This document shows positions 8,309-17,547 of a stretch of DNA of 50,108 nt, one piece after another; within the stretch, counting starts at the first letter, position 1; the number at the start of each line of letters is the position of its first letter. The notes below the pieces were generated by a model, which did not search any database, had not been told where the DNA came from, and was given only the letters and a program-made list of their open reading frames with translations. This stretch comes from an uncultured Candidatus Woesearchaeota archaeon (GTDB taxonomy: Archaea > Nanobdellota > Nanobdellia > Woesearchaeales > 21-14-0-10-32-9): contig CAITEO010000031.1 of the NCBI GenBank assembly GCA_903891505.1, positions 1 to 50,108 on the forward strand. The letters run 5' to 3'. Position numbers and translations under genes: made by a program.

Positions 8309-9808
8309 TCATCTCTTCTTCGAGTGTTCGGTTTTCTTGAACAAATCTTTTACCTCGAACTTTGGGTTTATCAATTTCTCTCGTTTGTATTTTGCACGCA
8401 TAGATGTGAATACAACTAAGATTGCTGCGAGTACGACTATTATTATGTACCATTTATATTTAGAAAAGAAACTTTGCTGAGGTACTCGTCCATAAGAACC
8501 ACGTGCACCTGTTGATGTGCCTGCTGCAAAGCTAGTGCTATTTCTTAAGGCTATATTCAAGGTGACGTTCTTCTCTATAGTGTTTCGTGTTCCCATAGTG
8601 TCCGTGTATGCTATTTCCATTTTCAAGTTGTTTGAGTTTTGTCTGCTTGCAAAGTTAGACTGGGTCATGTTTCCAGAGGTTTCTCCAGGGTTCACGTTTT
8701 GGTTTTGTCTGTTTGTACTATTAAATCCAACTCTACCACTTGAGGTTGCTCCGCTTGTTGTTCCTGTTGTTGTAGTTGGAATTGATGCTGTTGATTGTGC
8801 AAGTGTAAAACTTGCAACAGTATAGTCGCCAGTATTCAGATTTCCGATGATTACTGAATTAGCGCCTGTTACTTGCCAGCTTTGCTGTACAGGTATTATT
8901 ATTGAGACAGATGTTGCTGGATTGCTTCCTATGTTAGCTATTGTAAATGATGTTGTGCCACTTGAGCTCTCTGAGAAAGCAATATCGAAATCAGTTCCTC
9001 CTCCAACATATACTCCTGCGATTGTATTGATTGTTTTTACGCTGCTATTAATTGAGTCTGTGTATGCAAGACTTAATGCTAGTTGGTATAATCCTGCAGA
9101 AACACCCGAATCTGCAATTACTTGATATTCTAAATCTGCGCTTGCGCCTGCATCAAGGTATTTGATGTATTTTGTGTTGTCGCTTCCAACTGGAAGAATA
9201 ACGCTGTTTGAATTTGACCAGCTGAATGTAAGGTCTTTTATAGGGGAATTACCTACGTTTGTTATCTTAAATTTAAGAGGTGTTTGCTTTCCTGGAATAA
9301 GAACTGTTTTATCAATCTGTACGACTTCTGCGCTTGTCTTGGTTTTTACATCGATTGGGAATAATCTTTCAACTGTAACGTTTGATGCGCCCTCTTGATC
9401 ATGCTGTACTATTTTAAGATTATATGTTCCTGCAGTTGCATTATTATTTATTTTTATTGTGTATTTCACAATTTGTAAATTAGAATTTGCTTGATATCCT
9501 TGAACTGTGCCAATAGTATTAATGGCATCCTCTCCAGATACTAGTTCGAAAGGGTAGGATGGAACAAGTTCAAGCACGACGTTGTTTGCCGCTGCGCCTC
9601 CATTGTTCGCGACGCCTATTCGTACATCAAGCGTGTCGCCTGCGATTGCAGGATCGGGATCTTGATTTACAAGACTTGTTGAAATCATCGATGCTGAGCC
9701 AGAGTCGTAAGTTACTCCTGCTGCATGTGCTGAGATGCAAATTATCTGCAGCATTAAAACACTCATAACTAAAAATATGTATGTTGTTTTGTTAATTTTG
9801 TTTTTCAT
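8309..9808 (-). CDS. secreted surface protein with repeated beta-rich (CARDB / COG1361 S-layer-like) domains and a C-terminal TM anchor
   Basis: Signal peptide MKNKINKTTYIFLVMSVLMLQIICISAHA. Repeated motifs of the type ..NxG.s.a..v.. occur (VANNGGAAANNVV, ITNVGNSPIKDL, IANIGSNPATSV). The C-terminus has the TM segment WYIIIVVLAAILVVF followed by a basic tail. Confidence 0.7.
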   Translation of the reverse strand: MKNKINKTTYIFLVMSVLMLQIICISAHAAGVTYDSGSASMISTSLVNQDPDPAIAGDTLDVRIGVANNGGAAANNVVLELVPSYPFELVSGEDAINTIGTVQGYQANSNLQIVKYTIKINNNATAGTYNLKIVQHDQEGASNVTVERLFPIDVKTKTSAEVVQIDKTVLIPGKQTPLKFKITNVGNSPIKDLTFSWSNSNSVILPVGSDNTKYIKYLDAGASADLEYQVIADSGVSAGLYQLALSLAYTDSINSSVKTINTIAGVYVGGGTDFDIAFSESSSGTTSFTIANIGSNPATSVSIIIPVQQSWQVTGANSVIIGNLNTGDYTVASFTLAQSTASIPTTTTGTTSGATSSGRVGFNSTNRQNQNVNPGETSGNMTQSNFASRQNSNNLKMEIAYTDTMGTRNTIEKNVTLNIALRNSTSFAAGTSTGARGSYGRVPQQSFFSKYKWYIIIVVLAAILVVFTSMRAKYKREKLINPKFEVKDLFKKTEHSKKR

Positions 9809-9826
9809 TTACCATTCACCCCGTTG

Positions 9827-9874
9827 TTATCGGTTTTTTTATCGTTTTAGTTTTTATCGTTTTATGTTTTATCG
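9827..9874. repeat. four direct copies of TTATCG(G/T)TTT(T)A spaced 12-15 bp apart
   Basis: TTATCG occurs at 9827, 9839, 9854 and 9869. The copies lie in the 86-bp gap between the ABC ATPase stop and the start of the surface-protein gene. Confidence 0.5.
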
Positions 9875-9894
9875 TATTTATTATATCCAGAAAA

Positions 9895-10617
9895 TCAATC
9901 ATTAGTTGAGATTCTCTGGATCTCTCCATCTTTTAATTCAATGGTTGTGTGAGCGTATTTTGCTAAATTTAAATCGTGCGTAACCATCACGATTGTTTTG
10001 CCTTCTTCTTTCCATAGTTTATGCAGCATTTCAAGAACTTCTCTGCCTGTTACGCTATCAAGTGCGCCTGTTGGTTCATCTGCAAGTATTATTTCTGGGT
10101 TTGTTACAAGGCTTCTTGCAATAGATACCCTTTGCTGCTGGCCGCCTGATAATTGTGTTGGTCTGTTGTACATTTTATCTCCAAGGCCTACTTTAAGTAA
10201 AATATCTCTTGTTCTTTTTTGTGCTTCTTCATCGTCATACTCTAAAAATTCTAGTGGGAATAAAACATTATCAAAAGTTGTTATTGAAGGAATTAGGTTG
10301 TATTGCTGGAATATGAATCCGATTGTTCTTCCTCTAAGTGATGCAAGATCTGATTCGGACAGGGAGGATATATCTTGGTTCTTCAAAAATATTTTGCCCT
10401 TGGTTGGTGTATCGAGGCAGCCTATTAAATTCATCATGGTTGATTTTCCGCTTCCTGACGCGCCGATTATTGCCACAAAGTCTCCTTTGAGAATTTTAAC
10501 TGTTATATTTTTGAGTGCTGGCGCTTCAACTTCGCCCATCTTGTATATTTTCCATACATTCTCAAATCTAAGCAGGACAGTGCCTGCTTGAGCTGCTGTT
10601 GTTTTTTTTGTAGCCAT
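9895..10617 (-). CDS. ABC transporter ATP-binding protein (MacB/LolD-like)
   Basis: Walker A GASGSGKST, Q-loop FQQYNL, signature LSGGQQQRVSIAR, Walker B ILADEPTGALD and H-loop VTHD. Confidence 0.95.
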   Translation of the reverse strand: MATKKTTAAQAGTVLLRFENVWKIYKMGEVEAPALKNITVKILKGDFVAIIGASGSGKSTMMNLIGCLDTPTKGKIFLKNQDISSLSESDLASLRGRTIGFIFQQYNLIPSITTFDNVLFPLEFLEYDDEEAQKRTRDILLKVGLGDKMYNRPTQLSGGQQQRVSIARSLVTNPEIILADEPTGALDSVTGREVLEMLHKLWKEEGKTIVMVTHDLNLAKYAHTTIELKDGEIQRISTND

Positions 10618-10633
10618 TTTTGTTGTTTATTAT

Positions 10634-11173
10634 TTATTTTTTAAGTGGAATCTCTCTTTGTTCATTAGGAGATCTTGGAGGAGGCAAATCAGTCAGTTTA
10701 TCTCCATCATTCAAATGATTTATTCCGTCGAAAAATTCTGTTTTTGAATATACTATTATTTTTTCAGAGTTTACATCTATTATATATGTGGTCTTTGAAT
10801 TCGTTGTATATATTGATACTTCTGTAACATTTCGTTTTATTTTATCATTTTCTATTGGTCTTACGAATCCAAATGTTTTTATGGTGTAATTTGCAGGCAA
10901 GGTTCCTCTGATTTTCATGTCGCTTAGCGCAAGGTTCTTCGCAGAGTCTATTTGTGCAGCTGTTAGCTGCGCAGGGTGTTCCCTAAATCTATGAGATCTT
11001 AATATTCCTACAGCCATTATTACAATGAATAATACAACGAATACGATTGCTAGAACTTTCCAGATGTTTCTGCTCTTCTTTATTTTGCTATGGTCCGTCA
11101 TTTTATTTGAATTGTTATTAGATGTATTTTTGTTAGAATTGTATTTTTTGTTCTTGATGTTTGTTTTTGCCAT
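10634..11173 (-). CDS. hypothetical membrane-anchored protein (N-terminal Asn/Lys-rich tail, one TM, small extracytoplasmic domain)
   Basis: The TM segment is WKVLAIVFVVLFIVIMAVGIL. It is the first gene of the ABC operon. A PepSY-like fold is only a guess. Confidence 0.55.
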   Translation of the reverse strand: MAKTNIKNKKYNSNKNTSNNNSNKMTDHSKIKKSRNIWKVLAIVFVVLFIVIMAVGILRSHRFREHPAQLTAAQIDSAKNLALSDMKIRGTLPANYTIKTFGFVRPIENDKIKRNVTEVSIYTTNSKTTYIIDVNSEKIIVYSKTEFFDGINHLNDGDKLTDLPPPRSPNEQREIPLKK

Positions 11174-11302
11174 GATTACGCCTCCCGCAATGTTTAGGAT
11201 GATTAATTGATTTATTTAATTCTAGTAAGGATGAAACAACATATATACTTTCCCTGTAACAGTTTCATTTTAGTGAAACCTTTACGCTAAAAATCCACAA
11301 GA

Positions 11303-11309
11303 TTTATAA
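11303..11309 (+). promoter_or_regulatory. TATA-like box (TTTATAA) for the membrane-tethered wHTH gene
   Basis: Lies 23-29 nt upstream of the ATG at 11332, in the divergent region shared with the ABC operon. Confidence 0.35.
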
Positions 11310-11331
11310 TTTGCTTTGTTAACTTAAGAGT

Positions 11332-11865
11332 ATGGGACAGGAAAAATCAGGACGTTCAGGTATAAATTTTAGAATTATTCTCGCAATTATATTATTGATG
11401 TCTGCGATAGTGGTTCTCGCTGTCTTAATATTTCGTCCGCAACCAATTCAAATAGTTCTTGAGACAGGACAGGAAGTTGCATCGAAGAGTTCTGATTATT
11501 TTTCAGTCAGTACTGTTGTTATATTGCTTATTTGTGCATTTCTAATTGGCGCTGCAATAACATATTTATTTTACAACGCTGAAGACAAGAAGATATTCAC
11601 AAGAACGTCGAAGGAGACATCAAGAGAGGGATATGGAAACTCAGAATTTTATAATAAACTCATTCCTTTGCTTCGGGATGATGAAAAGCGAGCAGTTCAC
11701 ATGCTAAGAGAGCACAAAGGAGAGATGCTTCAAAACGAACTTGTCTTGAAGCTAGGCACATCAAAAGTCAAGACGACGAGAATACTTGCCTCCCTTGAGC
11801 GTAAAGAAATAATAGAAAGACATCGTCATGGTATGACGAACAAAGTCAAATTAAAAGATATGTAG
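11332..11865 (+). CDS. membrane-tethered winged-helix transcription regulator
   Basis: Two TM segments are followed by a C-terminal wHTH, LREHKGEMLQNELVLKLGTSKVKTTRILASLERKEIIERHRHGMTNKVKL. It is a paralog of the C-terminus of the gene at 23102-23959. Confidence 0.7.
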   Translation: MGQEKSGRSGINFRIILAIILLMSAIVVLAVLIFRPQPIQIVLETGQEVASKSSDYFSVSTVVILLICAFLIGAAITYLFYNAEDKKIFTRTSKETSREGYGNSEFYNKLIPLLRDDEKRAVHMLREHKGEMLQNELVLKLGTSKVKTTRILASLERKEIIERHRHGMTNKVKLKDM

Positions 11866-11908
11866 ATCAAGAGATGTAAAATAGAAGTTACATTTCATAT
11901 AATACAAC

Positions 11909-12637
11909 CTATTCTTTTGCATATTTCTTCCTAAAAATAATTGCTGCTGTTAGTAAGAACCCTCCCAGAAATAATCCTGCAAGTATGTCTGTTAGCCAAT
12001 GAATGTTCAGATAGATTCTTGAAAAACCTATCAATAGAACGAGCAGTGAGAAAACTGTAACAACCACGGCGAATCTTTCTTTTCGTTTCTTTTCTTCTTT
12101 TTTAATTTTATCAAATAGAAGATACGCGATTAGTCCGAAGAATACAACTGCGAACGTTGTGTGTCCGCTTGGAAATGCAAAGTCGCTTGTGGAAATGATG
12201 GCGTTTGTTGGTCTTGCTCTATGCATTAATAATTTTAATAGTGTAATAATAATCTCTGTTGCTGCAAGTGTAATTGCGAAGAACAATGCATTCTTTTTCG
12301 AGTTCTTGTTCTGTTCTTTATTTTTCAATTCCTTATTCTTTGAATCTTTGAAGTATAAAATCAGGGTGATGATTATTGATATTGCAGTCATGGACCAAAC
12401 GCCGAATAAAACATCAATTACTTTAGAGATTGCTGTAAAGAAAGTTCCTTGAATCGCAACCATTGTTAGATTTATTGAAAGATCTGCACGCGAGATGAAA
12501 CTATCAGTTATTACTCCAACAAGTATTAGCAAGAATGCAAACATGAATATTTCATTTGTAAGCACGAGTGATTTAGAGACGTGTTTAATTGGCGCCTTCG
12601 CTTTTTCTTTTACGTTTATATTAGTTTCTTTGCTCAT
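11909..12637 (-). CDS. PAP2-family (type 2 phosphatidic acid / undecaprenyl-PP) phosphatase
   Basis: All three signature motifs are present. They are KLLMHRARP (Kx6RP), PSGH and SRIYLNIHWLTD (SRx5Hx3D). The protein is polytopic. Confidence 0.85.
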   Translation of the reverse strand: MSKETNINVKEKAKAPIKHVSKSLVLTNEIFMFAFLLILVGVITDSFISRADLSINLTMVAIQGTFFTAISKVIDVLFGVWSMTAISIIITLILYFKDSKNKELKNKEQNKNSKKNALFFAITLAATEIIITLLKLLMHRARPTNAIISTSDFAFPSGHTTFAVVFFGLIAYLLFDKIKKEEKKRKERFAVVVTVFSLLVLLIGFSRIYLNIHWLTDILAGLFLGGFLLTAAIIFRKKYAKE

Positions 12638-12682
12638 TTTATCTATCAGTATTAATTTTAAAGCTTTTTTAGTTTTTTTTCT

Positions 12683-13741
12683 TTATTTTTCCAAATGTAA
12701 TAGAGTGATTTCAGATGTTGTGCCAAGTCTCATCGGCGGGCCCCATGTGCCTGTTCCTTGCGAGACATATAATGAAAATTTACCCATTTTGTATAATCCA
12801 TTATCTTTATGATGGACTAGTTTTGCTGCAAGTGAGAATGGAAATATTTGTCCGCCATGAGTATGTCCTGAGAGTTCAAGTGTGATTCCTGCTTTTTTTG
12901 CTGCAGCATAACCTGTTGGTGCGTGGTTTAATAGGATACTTGGTTTTGACAAATTTATAGTCATATTAGCAAGATGTTCTGCAACATAATTGTTGCTCTC
13001 AGTATATTCAAGTCCTATTATCTGAATTCCTTTGAACATAGTTTGCTCGTTTCTAAGAATAGTAATATTTGTTCCCTCAAGTAACTTCGCAACACTATTT
13101 TCGCCTTCGTACTGGTCGTGGTTGCCCATTATGAAATAAATAGGCGCCTTGATTTTTTTGAGTGGCGCTATATCTGATTTGCTAATTGTGCGACTTCCAT
13201 CCACGAGATCACCTGTGATGAATACAACATCAGGGTTTAGATTGTTTGTTTTATCAACAATGTTGCTAAGGAATTTTTTACCTCTTACACTTCCGATATG
13301 TATGTCTGAAATATGTACTGCAGTCATGTTTTTTCCAAATCCATCAACAGTAACATCTTTAACAACGAGATGAGATGCATTTATTATAGAGAATAGAGTT
13401 AGCGCTGCTACGAGAATAATTACTGTGCATCCAAGCATGAAGTTGTGAAATACTGGACTAAATATGTTTATAATTTCAAGGAGCAGCAAAGTTACAAGTA
13501 GAAGAAATACAAATCCGATCCAGATTGCTGAGAATATATAAAATATTCTTGTAGGAAGTGAATGTGCTGCTCGCTCCAGTAAGGATGCAAGAGGAAATAA
13601 TGCAGATAATATGATTGCGTAGAGCCACAAGTGATTTAGATCTGTAAAAAATCCTGTTGCTCTGTAAAGAATATAATAGTTTATTCCGAAGAATATCACG
13701 AGTAAAGAAATCAAGAATATAGTTATTGGTAAATATTTCAT
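12683..13741 (-). CDS. membrane-anchored metallophosphoesterase (calcineurin-like, YkuE-type)
   Basis: Motifs VHISDIHIG, ITGDLVDG, GNHD and GHTHGGQ follow an N-terminal block of TM helices. Confidence 0.85.
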   Translation of the reverse strand: MKYLPITIFLISLLVIFFGINYYILYRATGFFTDLNHLWLYAIILSALFPLASLLERAAHSLPTRIFYIFSAIWIGFVFLLLVTLLLLEIINIFSPVFHNFMLGCTVIILVAALTLFSIINASHLVVKDVTVDGFGKNMTAVHISDIHIGSVRGKKFLSNIVDKTNNLNPDVVFITGDLVDGSRTISKSDIAPLKKIKAPIYFIMGNHDQYEGENSVAKLLEGTNITILRNEQTMFKGIQIIGLEYTESNNYVAEHLANMTINLSKPSILLNHAPTGYAAAKKAGITLELSGHTHGGQIFPFSLAAKLVHHKDNGLYKMGKFSLYVSQGTGTWGPPMRLGTTSEITLLHLEK

Positions 13742-13820
13742 TATTTAAAGAAAAACTAACTCATTAAAAAGCTTGTGGATTGCGGTTAGTTTTGGTGAGT
13801 TTGAAAGAAAAACTAGGTGG

Positions 13821-14708
13821 TTAATTCTTCAGACCCCAAACGACGCATCTCATTGAGAGTGTTCCATAGTCTATTTTCTCATTGAAGAATATGGCGTCTT
13901 CGTATTTTGTTGCGCCGAGTGTGTAGAGTAACGGAATATAGTGTTCGCTTGTCGGGTTTGCAAGTTTTGCTGTTGGTTCTTTTTGATATTCGATGAGCGC
14001 TTTGTAGTTTTTGGCTTTAATGTTTTTCCTAGCGAACTCATTGAATTCTGTAGCCCATTTTTGTGCATTGCCACCAGGGCTTAGTCTCATCAGATTGTGG
14101 ACTATGTTGCCACTACCTATTATTAGTACTTCTTCGCGTCTGAATTGGTTTAATTCTTCACCTAGCGCGAAGTGTGCTTCAGGGGGCAAATCTTCATTGA
14201 TGCTAAGCTGCATAACTGGAATATCTGCATTTGGGTACATAACATGTAAAACACTCCACGTTCCGTGGTCGAGCCCCCAGTCGTAATCAGGAGTAACTTC
14301 GACTCTCTTTATTCGCGCGATTATTTCTTTTGCAAGTTTAGGTGAGCCATTCGCAGGATACTCCATATTATATAGTTCTTTTGGGAATCCGTAGAAATCA
14401 TGAATTGTTTTTGGCGTTTCCATCGCCGTGACTTTTGTGCCTTCGCTTTCCCAGTGCGCAGAGATGCAAAGAATTAATTTTGGAAGAGTTGTATATTTTG
14501 ATATTCGCTTCGCAATTTCTCGCCAACCTTCTGTAAATCCAGTATTTTCAATCGCATTCATTGGAGAACCATGTCCTATGAATATAACGGGCATCAAGTT
14601 TGTTGTTAGCTTATTTTTCTTGTCTTTTTCTTCTCTCTTCTGATTATTTTCTTGGTCTTTTTCTTTTACTTTTTCGTTTCTTTTCTCAGGCATTTTTAGA
14701 TCCTTCAT
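13821..14708 (-). CDS. class III extradiol dioxygenase (LigB family, 4,5-DOPA dioxygenase / YgiD-like)
   Basis: MPVIFIGHGSPMNAIE, ISAHWE, DHGTWSVL and IIGSGNIVHN. The first 38 aa are a Lys/Glu-rich extension. An alternative ATG at 14594 (MPVIFIGHG) would give the canonical N-terminus. Confidence 0.8.
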   Translation of the reverse strand: MKDLKMPEKRNEKVKEKDQENNQKREEKDKKNKLTTNLMPVIFIGHGSPMNAIENTGFTEGWREIAKRISKYTTLPKLILCISAHWESEGTKVTAMETPKTIHDFYGFPKELYNMEYPANGSPKLAKEIIARIKRVEVTPDYDWGLDHGTWSVLHVMYPNADIPVMQLSINEDLPPEAHFALGEELNQFRREEVLIIGSGNIVHNLMRLSPGGNAQKWATEFNEFARKNIKAKNYKALIEYQKEPTAKLANPTSEHYIPLLYTLGATKYEDAIFFNEKIDYGTLSMRCVVWGLKN

Positions 14709-14780
14709 TTTTTGTTCTCAGATATATATTAATTAATTGCTTGAACTAAATAAATCTTGTGAATGGTAGTGAAGGAAAAG

Positions 14781-14860
14781 TAACTATCAGCGATGCTAAC
14801 TATCAGCGATGCTAACTATCAACAATGCTAACTATCCGCAATACTAAATATTAATAAATA
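14781..14860. repeat. tandem 16-bp repeat, 4 good copies plus 1 degenerate (TAACTATCAGCGATGC)
   Basis: Copies lie at 14781, 14797 (identical), 14813 (TAACTATCAACAATGC), 14829 (TAACTATCCGCAATAC) and 14845 (degenerate). They sit in the divergent promoter region between the dioxygenase and K+ channel genes. Confidence 0.8.
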
Positions 14861-14875
14861 AGTTCATCCGATATT

Positions 14876-15676
14876 GTGTTTGTGGTTAAAAGAATACTGA
14901 AAAAGGTCGCAAGTAAACGCGTTGAACTAGATGTGAAGCGCGAGGAGCTCAAAGTAAAAGGAGAAGAATTAAAAGAAGAATTGAAGGTCGTGGCAAAAGA
15001 GAACATATCAAAACATCTATCTTTATTTCAAAAGCTTGACAAGTTTTTATACGAGCCAACTCTATTAAAGGTGCCAATAGTTCTTGTTTTAACCTTCCTG
15101 ATTGGATTGTTGTTAAATAATTTGGGTGCCAGCATAACTGCGCCTTTGATATTCACTTTACTAAAAATAATTCTTTTATTTTTCATAAGCACATATCTTG
15201 TTTTCTTCGTGATTCATCTTATCAGAAGATCGCTCAAAAAACTTATGAATGCAAAGAGCATGTGGACATTATTTGCTGCATATGCATTATTCATATTCAG
15301 TATCATGCTTCTATTTTCATCAATATATGATATATCTGAGCGAAGCAATTCAGGTTACTTGAAATATGGTCAGTGCACGGATCAATTTACACCTGAAGGA
15401 ATTCATAATGATACAACTGAGTCGCACAATTACTTCTATTTTTCCGCAACAACACTTCTAACTGTTGGCTACGGAGATATTTGTCCTATGGGAATAAATA
15501 GATACATCGCAATCATCAACGCGTTCGTCGGCAATTTCATCAATGTTGTGCTCATGGTTTGGGTTATTTCAAATTACATGAAGCGAAAAGATGAAGATGT
15601 TGAGAATGGGAAAGAGAACGGAAAAGAGAATGAAAACGAGAGTGTAAACGAGACGACGCGCAGAAAAAAGAGTTAA
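14876..15676 (+). CDS. two-TM-type potassium channel
   Basis: Selectivity filter TVGYGD (TLLTVGYGDICP) between TM helices. The N-terminus is coiled-coil-like and the tail is acidic. The GTG start is uncertain. Confidence 0.85.
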   Translation: MFVVKRILKKVASKRVELDVKREELKVKGEELKEELKVVAKENISKHLSLFQKLDKFLYEPTLLKVPIVLVLTFLIGLLLNNLGASITAPLIFTLLKIILLFFISTYLVFFVIHLIRRSLKKLMNAKSMWTLFAAYALFIFSIMLLFSSIYDISERSNSGYLKYGQCTDQFTPEGIHNDTTESHNYFYFSATTLLTVGYGDICPMGINRYIAIINAFVGNFINVVLMVWVISNYMKRKDEDVENGKENGKENENESVNETTRRKKS

Positions 15677-15695
15677 GTCTGTTTCTCGAGAAAAA

Positions 15696-15704
15696 ATATT
15701 TAAA
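15696..15704 (+). promoter_or_regulatory. TATA-like box (ATATTTAAA) for pheS
   Basis: Preceded by a purine-rich stretch, GAGAAAAA, that resembles a BRE. It lies about 25 nt upstream of the ATG at 15727. Confidence 0.4.
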
Positions 15705-15726
15705 CCCCCGAAGAATCTTTCTCTCT

Positions 15727-17307
15727 ATGGAACTTGAGAGGGTAACAGACGAGCTTCATCCGCTCGAGAGGAAAGTGCTTCCGCATCTTGCGAACGCTCA
15801 TGAAATAAATTCACTTGTTCGAGCCTCAGGCCTCCAAGAAATCGAAGCGCGTCGTGCATTGCAATGGCTTGAAGCAAAAGGTTTGATTGCCGTTGAAAAA
15901 ACTACGCGAACAATCATAAATCTTGATGAAAATGGATTGAAATACAAAACGCATGGGTTTCCTGAAATAAAATTTCTAAGTGCGATAAAGAACACGAGCA
16001 AAGAAAAAAATAATGCGATGTCTCTTGACGAGATACAGAAGAGTGCAAATCTTGAGAAGGAGGAAGTTGCAGTCTCACTTGGTCTTTTGAAATCAAAATC
16101 TGCTATTGTTTTTGAAGGGGGCAAAGCAAGCATAACTGAACAAGGCAAATTGTTGCTTGAAAAAGATGTAAAAAAAGAGTCGCTCGAGCAGAAATTCATG
16201 AATTCTAATTTTCCAGTTGATGCAAATACATTGACGCCTGAACAAAAATACTCGGTTGATGCATTTTTGAAGAGGAAAAAGATTATTGTTCAAGAAAAGA
16301 TCACAGATATGACTTTCAAATTAACGGAAGATGGTGTTCTTGTTCTAAAGAATATGAGTACGTCGTCAGTAGATATGATAGAATCATTAACGCCCGAAAT
16401 GATTCGAAGCGGTGCTTGGAAAAATGAAAATGGAGAAGAAAAGAAATTCAGACGTTATAGTATAAACGCATCCGCTCCAAAAATCACTGGCGGAAGACGT
16501 CATCCACTAGATTTAGTTTTTGATCGCATGAGAGAAATATGGATCGAGATGGGCTTCAAAGAAATGCAAGGTCCGTGGGTAGAAACCGCATTTTGGTGCA
16601 TGGATTCTATGTGGATTCCACAGGATCATCCTGCACGTGAAATGCAAGATACATTCTATTTGCCATACCAAGGATCACTTCCAGGTGCGTTCATAAGAAA
16701 AGTCGCGAGAGTACACGAGAACGGTGGCAAGTCTGGTTCGATTGGTTATGGTTACAAATGGGATCCTGAACTTGCAAAGAAACTTGTACTTAGAACTCAT
16801 ACGACGGCAACAACTTTTAGAAAACTCGCAGAGATGTCAGAAAATCCAGACGAGAACGCGCCTCCACAGAAATACTTCTGCATCGGTAGAATATTTAGGA
16901 ATGAAGCGCTCGACGCGACGCATTTGCCTGAGTTCCATCAAGTTGAAGGATTCATCATGGGTAAAGGTCTAACCTTGCGAGATTTGATGGGTTACATCAA
17001 AGAGTTTTACAAAAGAATGGGAATTACAAAGATAAAATTTCGACCAACATACAATCCTTACACAGAGCCTAGCATGGAAGCGCTCGGCTACAACGAGCAG
17101 CTTGGTCGCTGGATTGAACTAATAAATTCAGGAATGTTTAGACCAGAATCCTTGGAGCCGTATGGAATAAAAGTTCCAGTTATCGCGTGGGGTCTCGGCG
17201 TTGAACGACTCGCTATGATGATTTACGGCAAGGACAACATCAGAGAAATCCTCGGATCAAGTTCAGACATAGAATGGTTAAAGAATTACAAGATAGCAAA
17301 AGAGTAG
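15727..17307 (+). CDS. pheS: phenylalanine--tRNA ligase alpha subunit (archaeal/eukaryal type)
   Basis: The class II core carries motif 2 (IGRIFRNEALDATHLPEFHQVEG) and motif 3 (GLGVERLAMM). The long N-terminal wHTH repeats are typical of archaeal PheS. Confidence 0.95.
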   Translation: MELERVTDELHPLERKVLPHLANAHEINSLVRASGLQEIEARRALQWLEAKGLIAVEKTTRTIINLDENGLKYKTHGFPEIKFLSAIKNTSKEKNNAMSLDEIQKSANLEKEEVAVSLGLLKSKSAIVFEGGKASITEQGKLLLEKDVKKESLEQKFMNSNFPVDANTLTPEQKYSVDAFLKRKKIIVQEKITDMTFKLTEDGVLVLKNMSTSSVDMIESLTPEMIRSGAWKNENGEEKKFRRYSINASAPKITGGRRHPLDLVFDRMREIWIEMGFKEMQGPWVETAFWCMDSMWIPQDHPAREMQDTFYLPYQGSLPGAFIRKVARVHENGGKSGSIGYGYKWDPELAKKLVLRTHTTATTFRKLAEMSENPDENAPPQKYFCIGRIFRNEALDATHLPEFHQVEGFIMGKGLTLRDLMGYIKEFYKRMGITKIKFRPTYNPYTEPSMEALGYNEQLGRWIELINSGMFRPESLEPYGIKVPVIAWGLGVERLAMMIYGKDNIREILGSSSDIEWLKNYKIAKE

Positions 17308-17355
17308 AATGTTTGATGATAAATTAATAGTTCATAACTAACAGTTCATAATAAT

Positions 17356-17414
17356 GGCAGTTTATCGTCCTGAAACTGCCGCGCGTTGCGCGGTAATTAC
17401 CGGCCAGAGGCCGG
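17356..17414. repeat. triple GC-rich hairpin cluster (REP-like) downstream of pheS
   Basis: Three stems are present. GGCAGTTT pairs with AAACTGCC at 17356-17380. CCGCGC pairs with GCGCGG at 17379-17393. CCGGCC pairs with GGCCGG at 17400-17414. Confidence 0.7.
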
Positions 17415-17547
17415 CGAATAAGTAAAGTAAAATAAAATAATCATGATCAAAACAGGGACGACAAATAACAGAGAATAAAAATAAGATAAATGATAAGACA
17501 AAATAAACCAAAAGAAAACAAAACGCGTAAAATAACGGAAAACTAAA

